DNA of 64,000 nucleotides from a virus (lineage: Duplodnaviria; Caudoviricetes), in the IMG/VR virus record IMGVR_UViG_3300037067_007506, positions 4,865 to 68,864 of that record. One strand, given 5' to 3'. Every line of letters starts with the position of its first letter. The stretch's first letter is position 1. The position numbers and the translations under genes were made by a program. A model generated the notes under the pieces. It searched no databases. It saw only the letters and a list, made by a program, of their open reading frames with translations, and was not told the origin of the DNA. Below are positions 31,021 to 41,248 of this stretch, piece by piece.

Positions 31021-32328
31021 GTGATTAAATGCCTAATTTGTAATAGAGAATTCAAAGATAAAGTTTGTTTAAGTCAACATATAAGTAGAAATCATAAAGA
31101 ATCAACTTCACAAGAATATTATGATAAATATTTAAATACTGAAGATTTAAAATGTCCTCATTGTGATAATAAAAGAAAATTTATTCGTTTTGTTACAGGT
31201 TATAGAGAAACATGTTGTTCAAAAGAATGTCATCAAAAACAAAAAGATAGTAATTTTTTAAAGAAATATGGTGTTAAAAATCCTAATCAATTACAAGAAG
31301 TTAAAAATAAAAAAGCAAAAAAATGTTTAGAAACTTATGGAGTTGATAATAATTTTAAAAGTAAAGAAATACAAGAAATATCTAAACATACCAAAAAAGA
31401 AAACTATGGTGACGAAAATTATAATAATCCTTTAAAAAGAAAAGAAACATGCTTAGAAAAATATAATGTTATTAATCCTGGATGTTTAGAAAGCACTAAA
31501 ATTAAAAGAAATGCAACAAGATTAGAACGATATGGTGATGAACATTATGTAAATGATAATCTAGCTAAACATACCAAAAAAGAACGATATGGCGATGAAA
31601 ATTATAATAATAGACCTGAAGCTATAAAAACTAGTCAAAAATTATATAATACAGATTATCCAAGTCAATCGAATGTTATTAAAATAAAGAAAATAAATAC
31701 TAGTTTATTACATTATAATGTGATTCATCCTTGGAAATCTTCAATAATAAAAGAACAAATTAAAAGAACAAATTTAAAAAATATTGGAGTTGAAAATTAT
31801 TCACAATCAAAAGAATTCAAGAATTTGTGGAAAGATAAAGGGTTTATTTTTTCTGTTATGTTAAAAAGATATGAGTCTCAAAAGAAAAATGGAACATTTA
31901 ATACTTCAAAACCTGAAGCTATTTTATATAATTTATTGTGTGAATTATTTAATAATAACAATGTTGAAAAACAATATCATTCTGAACAGTATCCATTTAA
32001 TTGTGATTTTTATATTAAAAGTTTAGATTTATACATAGAATATAATGGTTCATGGACACATGGATTTAAACCTTTTGATATATTTAAAGTTGAACATATT
32101 AATAGAATAAAGGAAATGGTATTAAAAAGTAACGAATTAAATTTTAAAAATAAACCTAAACAATATTATACAAATGCAATAAAAGTTTGGACTGAATCAG
32201 ATGTTAAGAAACGTGAAACAGCTAAACAAAACAATTTAAATTATATCGAAATATTTAATAACAATTGTTTTATTAATTTAAATAATATATTAGATACTTA
32301 TAAAGGTGGTTATTTGTGTTTGATTTAA
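31021..32328 (+). mobile_element. free-standing homing endonuclease (C2H2 finger, YGxxN repeats, Vsr-like PD-(D/E)XK domain)
   Basis: KCLICNREF..L..H...H; repeated YGVKNP/YGDENYNN; CDFYI...LYIEYNGSWTHG. Confidence 0.8.
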
Positions 32329-33098
32329 CTCCAATAGAAAAATATAATGATTTATATTTTAAACGTGATGATTTATTTAAATATAATAATGTTTGTGGTG
32401 GAAAAACTAGATCAGCTTTAGTTTTATGTGAAAACGAAAAAGTAGGTTTTGTTACTGCTGGAAGTAGAGAAAGTCCTCAAATACAAATTATATCTGAAAT
32501 AGCTAAAAATATGAAGTTACCATTTATAGCACATTGTCCTGGTGGAATGTTAACAAATGAATTATTATATGCAAAAGAAAATGGTGCGGAAATAGTTCAA
32601 CATAAAATGGGTTTTAATAATAATATAATTAAAAAAGCTAAAGATGATGCTATTAGAACAGGTTATAAATATATACCTTTTGGAATGGAATGTTTACAAG
32701 CTATTCAACAAAATGAATTTCAAGTACAAAATATTCCCCTTAATATCAAAAGAATATTTATAACTGTTGGTTCAGGAATGTCTTTATTAGGTGTATATGA
32801 AGGAATAAAAAAATATAATTTAAATTGTAAAATTATTGGTTTAGTTGTTGGTGCTGATCCATCAAAAAGAATAAATAAATGGATTAGAAATGAATTATGG
32901 GATTTTTCAGATTATCACAAAAGAATAGAATTAGTTAATTTAGATATTGATTATCACACAAAAATAAAAGATAATGTTTTTTGTGATATAATATTAGATG
33001 AAGTTTATGAAGCAAAATGTATTTCATACTTAAAAGAAAACATGAAAAAAGATGATTTATTTTGGATTATAGGAAAAGGTATTAGAAATGATAATTGA
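32316..33098 (+). CDS. PLP-dependent enzyme, ACC deaminase/D-cysteine desulfhydrase-like (fold type II)
   Basis: LTPIE...LYFKRDD...GGKTR (PLP lysine), VGSGMS, LDEVYEAK. Confidence 0.8.
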   Translation: MFDLTPIEKYNDLYFKRDDLFKYNNVCGGKTRSALVLCENEKVGFVTAGSRESPQIQIISEIAKNMKLPFIAHCPGGMLTNELLYAKENGAEIVQHKMGFNNNIIKKAKDDAIRTGYKYIPFGMECLQAIQQNEFQVQNIPLNIKRIFITVGSGMSLLGVYEGIKKYNLNCKIIGLVVGADPSKRINKWIRNELWDFSDYHKRIELVNLDIDYHTKIKDNVFCDIILDEVYEAKCISYLKENMKKDDLFWIIGKGIRNDN

Positions 33099-34434
33099 TA
33101 ATATTGAATTTAATATAACTGAAGTAAAATTACCTATTTCAAAATTTAAAGGTAGTAAACATTGTTATTTAGGGTTTGATGTTTCTTTTTTCAAAAATAG
33201 ATATAGAGATTATGATATAAATATTCAAAATAAAAAAGATAATATAATAAAGTTTATACAAAATAATTATAAAGAAGTTATCATAGAAAATGATACTATT
33301 TATATAAAAGAAATAGATTTAACAATAGATATCAGATTAGATTATATCCACAATTTTAATGCTTATAATAAAAAAAATGTTTTTCATATTAATTGTCTAA
33401 ATGAATTAATATTAAATAACGAAATAGATATAATTAGAACTTGGTGTATAATAGATCCTGAAAGACGTAGTAATTTTATATATAAAAAATATTTAGAAGT
33501 ATTTAATTATAACGATAATAATGATTTAAAAACACAAATAAATAGGGTTTGTAATGGTATCTTTAGATGTTATAATGATGATGAATTAAAAAAAGAATTA
33601 AATCAAATTATTAAAAATCCAGGTAATTATAATTCATCTCCAAGCCATAATAAGATAGTAACCAATTTTAATAAACACATTTTTAAAAATGAAAATGAAT
33701 ATTATTTAGATTGTATAAAAAGACGTAGACATATTGAAAATTGTAGATTTTTACAATATAAAGAAGAATATGAATTAACAGATAATGATATTTTAATTAA
33801 TTTTAGATTTAATAAGTATGTTCAGTATTATAGTTATTTTTCAGTATTATGGGCTAAAGCTTTTTTAACAGAATACAAAAATGATATTAAATCAGTATTA
33901 GATATATTTGGTGGGTGGGGACATAGATATTTAGCTTTTTTAAAAACAGAGTATATTTATAATGATATTTGGAATTTAAGTTTTGATGGAGTTAAAAAAG
34001 TACATGAATTTTGTGAAAGAAATATACATAGTTTACCTAAAAAAACTTTTTTAAATGAAGATGCTAAAAATTACAATTTTAAGAATTTAAATTATGATTG
34101 TATTTTTACATGTCCTCCATATTTTAATGTTGAGGTTTATGATAACGGAGAATATAAAGATTGGAACAATTTTATGGAATTGTGGGATAAAAGCTTAGAA
34201 AATTCAATAACTGATAAGGTTAAAATATTTGCTTTTGTTATTAGAGATATATTTGCTGAAGATTTAAAAAAAAGTTTGATAAATTATAATTTTGTTTTTG
34301 AAAAAGAAATTAAATTAGGAAAAAATATAAAACATCATTATAATAGAGGTAAATCTAAAAATTCTAGTTCAGAAACATTATATATATATTTTAATAAAGA
34401 TTATAAAAAGAAAGAAGTTTTTAATTATTTTTAA
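33088..34434 (+). CDS. amino-DNA methyltransferase-like protein (N6A/N4C type)
   Basis: VLDIFGGWGHR (SAM binding) and FTCPPYFNVE.Y (catalytic PPY). Confidence 0.75.
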   Translation: MIIDNIEFNITEVKLPISKFKGSKHCYLGFDVSFFKNRYRDYDINIQNKKDNIIKFIQNNYKEVIIENDTIYIKEIDLTIDIRLDYIHNFNAYNKKNVFHINCLNELILNNEIDIIRTWCIIDPERRSNFIYKKYLEVFNYNDNNDLKTQINRVCNGIFRCYNDDELKKELNQIIKNPGNYNSSPSHNKIVTNFNKHIFKNENEYYLDCIKRRRHIENCRFLQYKEEYELTDNDILINFRFNKYVQYYSYFSVLWAKAFLTEYKNDIKSVLDIFGGWGHRYLAFLKTEYIYNDIWNLSFDGVKKVHEFCERNIHSLPKKTFLNEDAKNYNFKNLNYDCIFTCPPYFNVEVYDNGEYKDWNNFMELWDKSLENSITDKVKIFAFVIRDIFAEDLKKSLINYNFVFEKEIKLGKNIKHHYNRGKSKNSSSETLYIYFNKDYKKKEVFNYF

Positions 34435-34823
34435 ATTATATATTTATACTAGGAGCCTAGTATGAAATGTGATAAAGATAGAAATTGTTTTTATAAGTTA
34501 GGTGATAATTGTGGATATAAAAGAATGAGATGTCTGTTAGATTGTAATTTAGAAATGAATTGTTGTGATTGTGAAGAATTTTATATAAATTTTTATAGGA
34601 GTTGTAAATGAAAAAAATTATATTTCAAATATTAGATGTTAATAATAACATTATATTTGAAAATGAATCAATGGAATTAAGAGATAAAAGATACGATGAG
34701 TTAACACAAAGTAACTCAGCTATGAAATTAAAAAAAAGTCAAGTTAATTTTTATACGGAGTAGTTATGTTAATATGTTTTACTAAATTTAAAGTTGGATG
34801 GTATTTTATTTTTAAAGGGATAA

Positions 34824-36056
34824 ATGTATAAACAATTCAAAGTAAGATTGTATCCGAATAAAATTCAAGAAGAATTGATAAATAAAACAATAGGATGCTC
34901 TAGATTTATTTATAATATAATGTTATCTGAAAGAATGAATAATTATGAGTTATTTAAAAATGATAATATTAAAAGAAAAAATAAATCAGTGAAAGAATAT
35001 AAACAAGAATATGAATTTTTAAGTGAACCATCATTCGGAGCATTACATGAAACAAGCAGACATTTAGATACAGCTTATATGAATTTTTTTAGAAATTTAA
35101 AGAAAGGTAAAGTTGGATTTCCAAAATTTAAATCTAAGAAAAGAAATAAATTATCTTATACTGAACAAAATTGTATATATCCTAAATATAACTCAATAGA
35201 AATAAAAGATAATTATTTAAAAATGTTAAAAGTTGGTCGGTTAAAATTTAGAGGGTTATCAAGTTCTTTCAATGGTATAATAAAATTTGTAACTGTAGAA
35301 AAAACTAAAACAAATAAATATTATGCTTCTATTTTAGTAGAAAAAGAATTAGATGTTAAACTTAGAAAATATAATTGTGTTATAGGTTTAGATTTAGGTT
35401 TAAAAGAATTTATTGTAACATCAAATAATGAATATTATAAAGGTATAAAAGATAAACTTTATGATATAGAGAAAAGAATTAAACATATAAGTAAAATACA
35501 TTGTAGAAAACAAAAAGGAAGTAAAAGAAAAGAAAAAATAAGATTACGTTTAGCGAAATTATATGAATACAAAACAAACGTAATCAATCATTTCCAATGG
35601 AATTTAGTTAATAAGTTATGTAGTGAAAATCAAACTATTGTAATTGAAGATTTAAATATTTCAGAAATGATTAAAAATAAACAATTAAGCCATTCAATTT
35701 ATTATTCAAATTGGGGTGGTTTTAGACAAAAATTAGAATCAAAATCTAAAGAATATTCAAGTGAAATATTTGTTGTTGATAAATATTTTCCAAGTTCAAA
35801 AACATGTTCGAAATGTGGTAATATAAATAAAGATTTAACATTATCCGATAGGATTTATGTTTGTGAATGTGGATTATCATTAGATAGAGATTATAATGCT
35901 AGTTTAAATTTAGAAAATTATTTTAATAATATATCGGATAAGTTGTCCGATTACAATCACAGAGAACAAATAAGACCAAAAAGAGTTATAGTTTATAATT
36001 TTTCAGGCAAGTTCAATGAAGTGATTATCTATCCAATAGGAGAAAAGACTTGTTAA
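34824..36056 (+). mobile_element. tnpB: TnpB-2, canonical IS605 OrfB type, no tnpA adjacent
   Basis: KVRLYPN..Q HTH; GLDLG (D), VIEDL (E), CSKC..C.C zinc finger, DRDYNAS (D). Confidence 0.92.
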
Positions 36057-36286
36057 TAGCAATTAATATTATATCATTTATATGTGCGATAGTTTCTATA
36101 GTTGGAAACTTTATGGTTGTTAAAAAGAACAAATGGGGTCTATTAGTTTGGACATTGACAAATATATTTTTAATACCTATTAATATATATTTTCAAAATT
36201 ATGGATTAGCTTTCCAGTTTTTAATTTATTCAGCTATCAATATATATGGATTTTTTAAATGGAATGTTAAAGAAAGTGTAAAATAA
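36050..36286 (+). CDS. PnuC-like small membrane protein
   Basis: Three TM segments; K..WG..VW...N and Q..Y....IYGF..W pattern. Confidence 0.6.
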   Translation: MLIAINIISFICAIVSIVGNFMVVKKNKWGLLVWTLTNIFLIPINIYFQNYGLAFQFLIYSAINIYGFFKWNVKESVK

Positions 36287-36482
36287 CATTTAATAATTTA
36301 AATTGATATTATACTATAATTATAAGGAGTAATAAATGAAAATAAGAGTATATAATTTTTATGTAGGTTTTTATTTTCAAAATGTTTCAACTACAAATGA
36401 AAGATATAATTATATTATCAATTTAGGTTATTTTATTATAGGAATTAAAAAATATGTTCTTTCAAAGTTAAGTTAATATAAA

Positions 36483-36557
36483 GCGGGAGTAGCCCAGTTG
36501 GTTACGAGCAGGTGTCTTATAAGCATTAGGTGAATGGTTCAATTCCATTCTCCCGCA
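36483..36557 (+). tRNA. tRNA-Ile with anticodon TAT (UAU); CCA not encoded
   Basis: Acceptor GCGGGAG/CTCCCGC, D loop AGTTGGTTA, anticodon loop CT-TAT-AA, T arm AATGG-TTCAATT-CCATT, discriminator A. Confidence 0.85.
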
Positions 36558-36767
36558 ATTTTTATTTTATAAAGTGAGGAGTAAATTATGGTTGATTTAT
36601 TTATTTTTTTAGGAATAATTTTGGTTTTTAAAGGTTTTTTGTTTTTTAACATGTTAAGGGAAAATAATAAATTAAAACGTAGTAACTCTTTAAAAACAAT
36701 TAAATATATCCCATATGAAAGGTTTATAGACACTCATAGAATGTACTAATTTTTTATTTTATTATAT

Positions 36768-36789
36768 CCACTCATTGAGTGGCTTTTTT
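36768..36789 (+). terminator. rho-independent terminator
   Basis: CCACTC-ATT-GAGTGG followed by C and a T tract. Confidence 0.75.
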
Positions 36790-36790
36790 A

Positions 36791-36802
36791 TTTTATATTT
36801 AT
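36791..36802 (+). promoter_or_regulatory. putative late promoter motif
   Basis: TTTTATATTTAT. Confidence 0.7.
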
Positions 36803-36820
36803 ATTACACTGGATGGTAAT

Positions 36821-37600
36821 ATGAAATCTTTAAAAGTATATACATTAGATTATTTTAAACAAAAAATGGTAAATAAGTTTTTTCCTAGAAAACTTATTAT
36901 GGCTAGAGATGAAAATGCTTTTAATGATGCAGTGAGGACGGCTTTATCAAAATTAAATGAAAATATATTTTATTACAGAGCCTATGAATTTTATGTAACG
37001 AGTCACGCACCAACAAGAATAGAAGGTGCTGAATTTGAAACAGTTGCAAATCTGAGTTCAGTTATTAATTTAAATGATTTAGCAATGAAAGGTGTAACTG
37101 TTAATAGGGTATGTGACATGATCCCTTCAGATAATTATGATTTGTTTTTGGAAAATTATAATTTAATATTAGGAAAAGGATTAATTAAGTTTAATATATT
37201 ACGATCACAAGATGATTTTATAGAATATTTTTTAAGTTTAGAATTCTATAAACAGTTAATGAGAAGAACTAAAAATTATCAAACAGATTATTTTAAAATA
37301 GATGACAGGATAATTTTAGGCGGAAGTTATAGAGGTGTGAATAAAGTAGTCGTATTTTTTATTCCTCAAATAACTATGGAATCAACAGAATGGGAATTAT
37401 ATAATAATGAAGAAAATTTTGTATCTAATTATTTAGAAGCATTAGTTAGTTATCGTGAAGGACGCAGTCAATCAGAAATGAAAGTATTAGATATGAATAG
37501 TAATGCTGATGATTTAAAAAATGATGGTTTACAAAATATGGAAAAATTGGAAGCTGCTTTTAAAAAAACAGCATATGCTAGAATCGGAAAGAGGTTTTAA
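36821..37600 (+). CDS. putative neck/head-tail adaptor (gp13-like)
   Basis: Position and pattern (..NDAVRTAL..; final helix ..LE); start moved to ATG 36821 because 36779 lies inside the terminator. Confidence 0.5.
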   Translation: MKSLKVYTLDYFKQKMVNKFFPRKLIMARDENAFNDAVRTALSKLNENIFYYRAYEFYVTSHAPTRIEGAEFETVANLSSVINLNDLAMKGVTVNRVCDMIPSDNYDLFLENYNLILGKGLIKFNILRSQDDFIEYFLSLEFYKQLMRRTKNYQTDYFKIDDRIILGGSYRGVNKVVVFFIPQITMESTEWELYNNEENFVSNYLEALVSYREGRSQSEMKVLDMNSNADDLKNDGLQNMEKLEAAFKKTAYARIGKRF

Positions 37601-37906
37601 ATGATTAAAAAATTATTTACAGAAGCACCATATATATCATATGGTGATGATAATAATAAAATATTTGATTTACAAATAGAAGATATCATAAATAAAGAAG
37701 GTATATTAAATTATTTAGAAGCCTTATTATTAGGAAAATCTTTTAGAGATAAACATGGAAATATTATTCAATTAAAAACAAGAGATGAAAAAATTAATTG
37801 TATTAAACAATTAAAATCTGATGTAATGTTTAATAGTTTAATAAATAAGTTTTTATCTAGTACTGAAAAAAGATTATTAGATATTTTATTTCATAAGTTT
37901 ATATAG
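37601..37906 (+). CDS. tagged putative internal-head protein
   Basis: N-terminus MIKKLFTE/A. Confidence 0.65.
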   Translation: MIKKLFTEAPYISYGDDNNKIFDLQIEDIINKEGILNYLEALLLGKSFRDKHGNIIQLKTRDEKINCIKQLKSDVMFNSLINKFLSSTEKRLLDILFHKFI

Positions 37907-37913
37907 GTTGGAT

Positions 37914-38528
37914 ATGATTAAAAAATTAGTATTAGAGAATTATAATAAACAAGAATTTCTAGAATATGTATCTGATTTATTATTAGATTGGTCATATAAA
38001 ACTAGGTCTCAAAATTTTTTCGATTTAGCAAATCAACAAAAAGTAAGCCTTAAAAATATGGTTTTAGATTGGTTAAAAAGATTTAAAAATCTTAGTTTAG
38101 ATAATTTAATGAATATGAATTTAGAAAATCTAAATAAAACTATTATTAATTGTGCTGAAAGTTTCCAAGGATTTAAATTTATAGACGGTTATTGGTATAT
38201 GCCTTTAGATGTTAGAAAAGAATTATTAAAATGGTCAACTGTGAATAGAAGCCCTTATAGCTTTTCTTTTTATAATTCAAATGATATTTCTTGGAGTCAT
38301 AAACCTGAAGGAAGCTTAAGAATTTCAAATCATTGGAATTTTAGAGGAACTAAGTATGATTCAAAAGGTTGGAAAGTTGATAACCCTAATCAAATTCATT
38401 GTAAAATAAAAGGAACTGGTCCAAGTTATCCATCAATAAACAAGTGGTTATTATGTAGATATGAAAAAGGTGAATATATTAAATTAAAAGAATATAAACC
38501 TGAATTTTTAGGGGATATGAAGATATGA
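37914..38528 (+). CDS. tagged putative internal-head protein
   Basis: N-terminus MIKKLVLE/N (ATG 37914); YSFSFY...W...P..SLRISNHWNF domain. Confidence 0.65.
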   Translation: MIKKLVLENYNKQEFLEYVSDLLLDWSYKTRSQNFFDLANQQKVSLKNMVLDWLKRFKNLSLDNLMNMNLENLNKTIINCAESFQGFKFIDGYWYMPLDVRKELLKWSTVNRSPYSFSFYNSNDISWSHKPEGSLRISNHWNFRGTKYDSKGWKVDNPNQIHCKIKGTGPSYPSINKWLLCRYEKGEYIKLKEYKPEFLGDMKI

Positions 38529-39565
38529 TTAAAAAGTTAATAGTTGAAAAGAAAACAGTTGATTTAAATAATTTAAAAATTAAAAAAACAAAAGAAAGTG
38601 ACTCAGATGAGTTAGTATTTATACGAACAGATTCAATGAAAGAAAGTTTGATAGATATTGATAAATATGAATTTGATATCATAAAAGATAATTTACTTGA
38701 TAATTTAGATTTTAATCAAACATATTTTATTAATGATGGAAATATTAACATAGGTTTTTATTCTTTAAAAATAGATGATAAAAAGAAAATAACTTATATT
38801 GAACATATGTATATATTAACTGAATATATAGGACAAGGAATAGGTAATTTTATATTAAAAAAAATTATAGATGAATCAAAATATCCTTTAGAATTAAAAA
38901 CTTTAAAAAATAGTAAAGCTAATGATTTTTACAAGAAAAATGGTTTTAAAAAAATAGATCAAAATGAATGGGATAATTTTTATAGATATGATAAAGAAAT
39001 AAAAGAAAGTAAGAAATATTTGGAATATTCAATAACAAATAAAAGTACAATAGCCGAATTATTATTTAATGCAAATGCTAATATATCAGAAGATAAATTT
39101 AAAGAATTAATAAATGAATATTTACAGATTCAAACGTATGTTAATAATGGAATAAAATTAAATTATTCTATAACACAAGTAAATGAATTTAGAAAACAAT
39201 TAAAAGATATATTAGATCAATTACATCATTATAATCTACGTGATATAGATAATGATGGAATGATATTAAGATTAAAACAATATGTTAATTCAAATGTTAA
39301 GAATGAAAAATTAATATATTTATTGAAAAGACTAGGATTTATTGATAATAACAATAATGTAACAGAATTAGGAAAATGGGTTGGACATCAACTACAAACT
39401 AATTCACAATTTAGTTATTTAAATATATTAAATGATGATGAATTAGAATCATATAGAAAAGCTTTTATACAATTAAAAATTAATAGAGAACCTTTAACAC
39501 AAGGTTCATTAAAAAAATATGTTGATAATGAAAAATTGTTTGATAAATTAAAGAAAAAAATATGA
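38525..39565 (+). CDS. tagged GNAT acetyltransferase plus a second domain
   Basis: MIKKLIVE/K; YIEHMYILTEYIGQGIGNFIL (acetyl-CoA motif A) and N.KANDFYKKNGF (motif B). Confidence 0.75.
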   Translation: MIKKLIVEKKTVDLNNLKIKKTKESDSDELVFIRTDSMKESLIDIDKYEFDIIKDNLLDNLDFNQTYFINDGNINIGFYSLKIDDKKKITYIEHMYILTEYIGQGIGNFILKKIIDESKYPLELKTLKNSKANDFYKKNGFKKIDQNEWDNFYRYDKEIKESKKYLEYSITNKSTIAELLFNANANISEDKFKELINEYLQIQTYVNNGIKLNYSITQVNEFRKQLKDILDQLHHYNLRDIDNDGMILRLKQYVNSNVKNEKLIYLLKRLGFIDNNNNVTELGKWVGHQLQTNSQFSYLNILNDDELESYRKAFIQLKINREPLTQGSLKKYVDNEKLFDKLKKKI

Positions 39566-40221
39566 TTAAAAAATTAGTATTAGAATTTACTAGAACAGAT
39601 ATTTTAAACGGTGTTGACCCAAACTTTATACAACATAAAAAATATACTAATGATCTAAAAAATAAAGTTGGTAAAATAAATTTAAATAGTAATAGTTGGT
39701 ATATTGATAAAGTAGATGGATCTAAGATATATATTAAAATAAGATCAGCTAAAGATAATAAATTGTTCTATTTAAATATAATACAGTTAGATGATTATGA
39801 ATGGTTAAGAAATAGTTTTAAATTTAAAGATTATGATATGAAAAATGAAAATGATAAAAAGAAATTAGTATATGATTTAAAAGATATTTTTAATGAAATG
39901 ATTGTTAAACAAAATATACAAACAAGTTGCTCTTGCCCTTCAGCATTATATTTCGGTTATAAATTTATTGGAACCCAATTAGATTATCAAGTAAAAAGAG
40001 ATAAAGAAAATAGATCACCAGATATAAGAAATCCTGATCAAAAAGGTACGGTGTGTAAGCATTTACATATAACATTAGATTATATTAATAATAAAGAAGT
40101 CAAAGAATTTGTAATAGAATGTTTAATTAATAGCTTTTTATTACGTGAAATTCGTAGAAGATATGGATATATTAAGCAATCTTTTTGGCGTAAATGGTTT
40201 AAAAATCAAAATTTAAAATAA
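39562..40221 (+). CDS. tagged SWIM zinc-finger protein
   Basis: MIKKLVLE/F; SCSCP...RNP....VCKHL. Confidence 0.7.
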   Translation: MIKKLVLEFTRTDILNGVDPNFIQHKKYTNDLKNKVGKINLNSNSWYIDKVDGSKIYIKIRSAKDNKLFYLNIIQLDDYEWLRNSFKFKDYDMKNENDKKKLVYDLKDIFNEMIVKQNIQTSCSCPSALYFGYKFIGTQLDYQVKRDKENRSPDIRNPDQKGTVCKHLHITLDYINNKEVKEFVIECLINSFLLREIRRRYGYIKQSFWRKWFKNQNLK

Positions 40222-40255
40222 TAAATTCTTATATACTATTTTACAATATTATTAC

Positions 40256-41248
40256 ATGAAAACTATTTGTGGTATATATGAAATTTTAAATATTCAAAGT
40301 AATAAAAGATATATAGGAAAATCAAAAAATATTTTAATTAGATTTGAACAACATAAAAAATTATTAAAATTAAATATACATTTAAATTTTCATCTACAAA
40401 AAAGTTGGAATAAATATGGTGAAGAATATTTTCAATTTAATATTCTTGAAGAATGTTCTGAAATTGAATTAAATATAAAAGAAATTTATTGGATTCAGAA
40501 ATTAAATTCAATAAAATATGGTTATAATATTACAAAAGGTGGAACAGGTGGAAATACATATTCTAATAGAACAGAATTTGATAAAGAAAAAACATCAAAT
40601 AAATTAAGTAAACATTTTAAAAACAGAATTTGGATTAATAAAGATAATAAAAATTTATTTATTAGTCAATTAGATTTAAAAATATATTTAAATGATGGAT
40701 GGATAAAAGGTAGAGCATGTTGTAAAGGTGATAATAATCCAGCAAAAAGACTTGAAGTTAGAAAGAAAATAATTGAGTTAAATACTGGAAGACGTCATAC
40801 TGAAGAAGCAAAAAAGAAAATGAGTGATTCTCATAAAGGTAGAAAACATACAGAAGACGTTAGACGGAAAATAGGTGAGGCGTCTAAAGGTAGAAAACAT
40901 ACAGAAGAATCTAAAAGAAAAATGAGTCTTAATAAGAAAGGTGATAATAATCCAGCAAAAAGACCTGAAGTTAGAAAGAAAATGAGTGATTCTCAAAAAG
41001 GTAAAAATTTAGGAGTAAATAATCATTTTTATGGACGTCATCATACAGAAGAATCTAAAAGAAAAATGAGTGAAGCCTCGAAAAATAAAGTTTTTAGTGA
41101 AGATACTAGAATTAAATTAAGTAAGCATTCTAAAAATAGAGTATGGATAAATAATCAAAAAATATCAAAAATGATTCAAAAAGAAGAATTAGAACATTAT
41201 TTAAATGAAGGATGGAAATTAGGAAGAATAAAATGGAAACAAAATTAA
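40256..41248 (+). mobile_element. GIY-YIG homing endonuclease with NUMOD3 repeats
   Basis: GIYEI.N....RYIGKS....RF..H; repeated HTEE.K.KMS. Confidence 0.92.
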
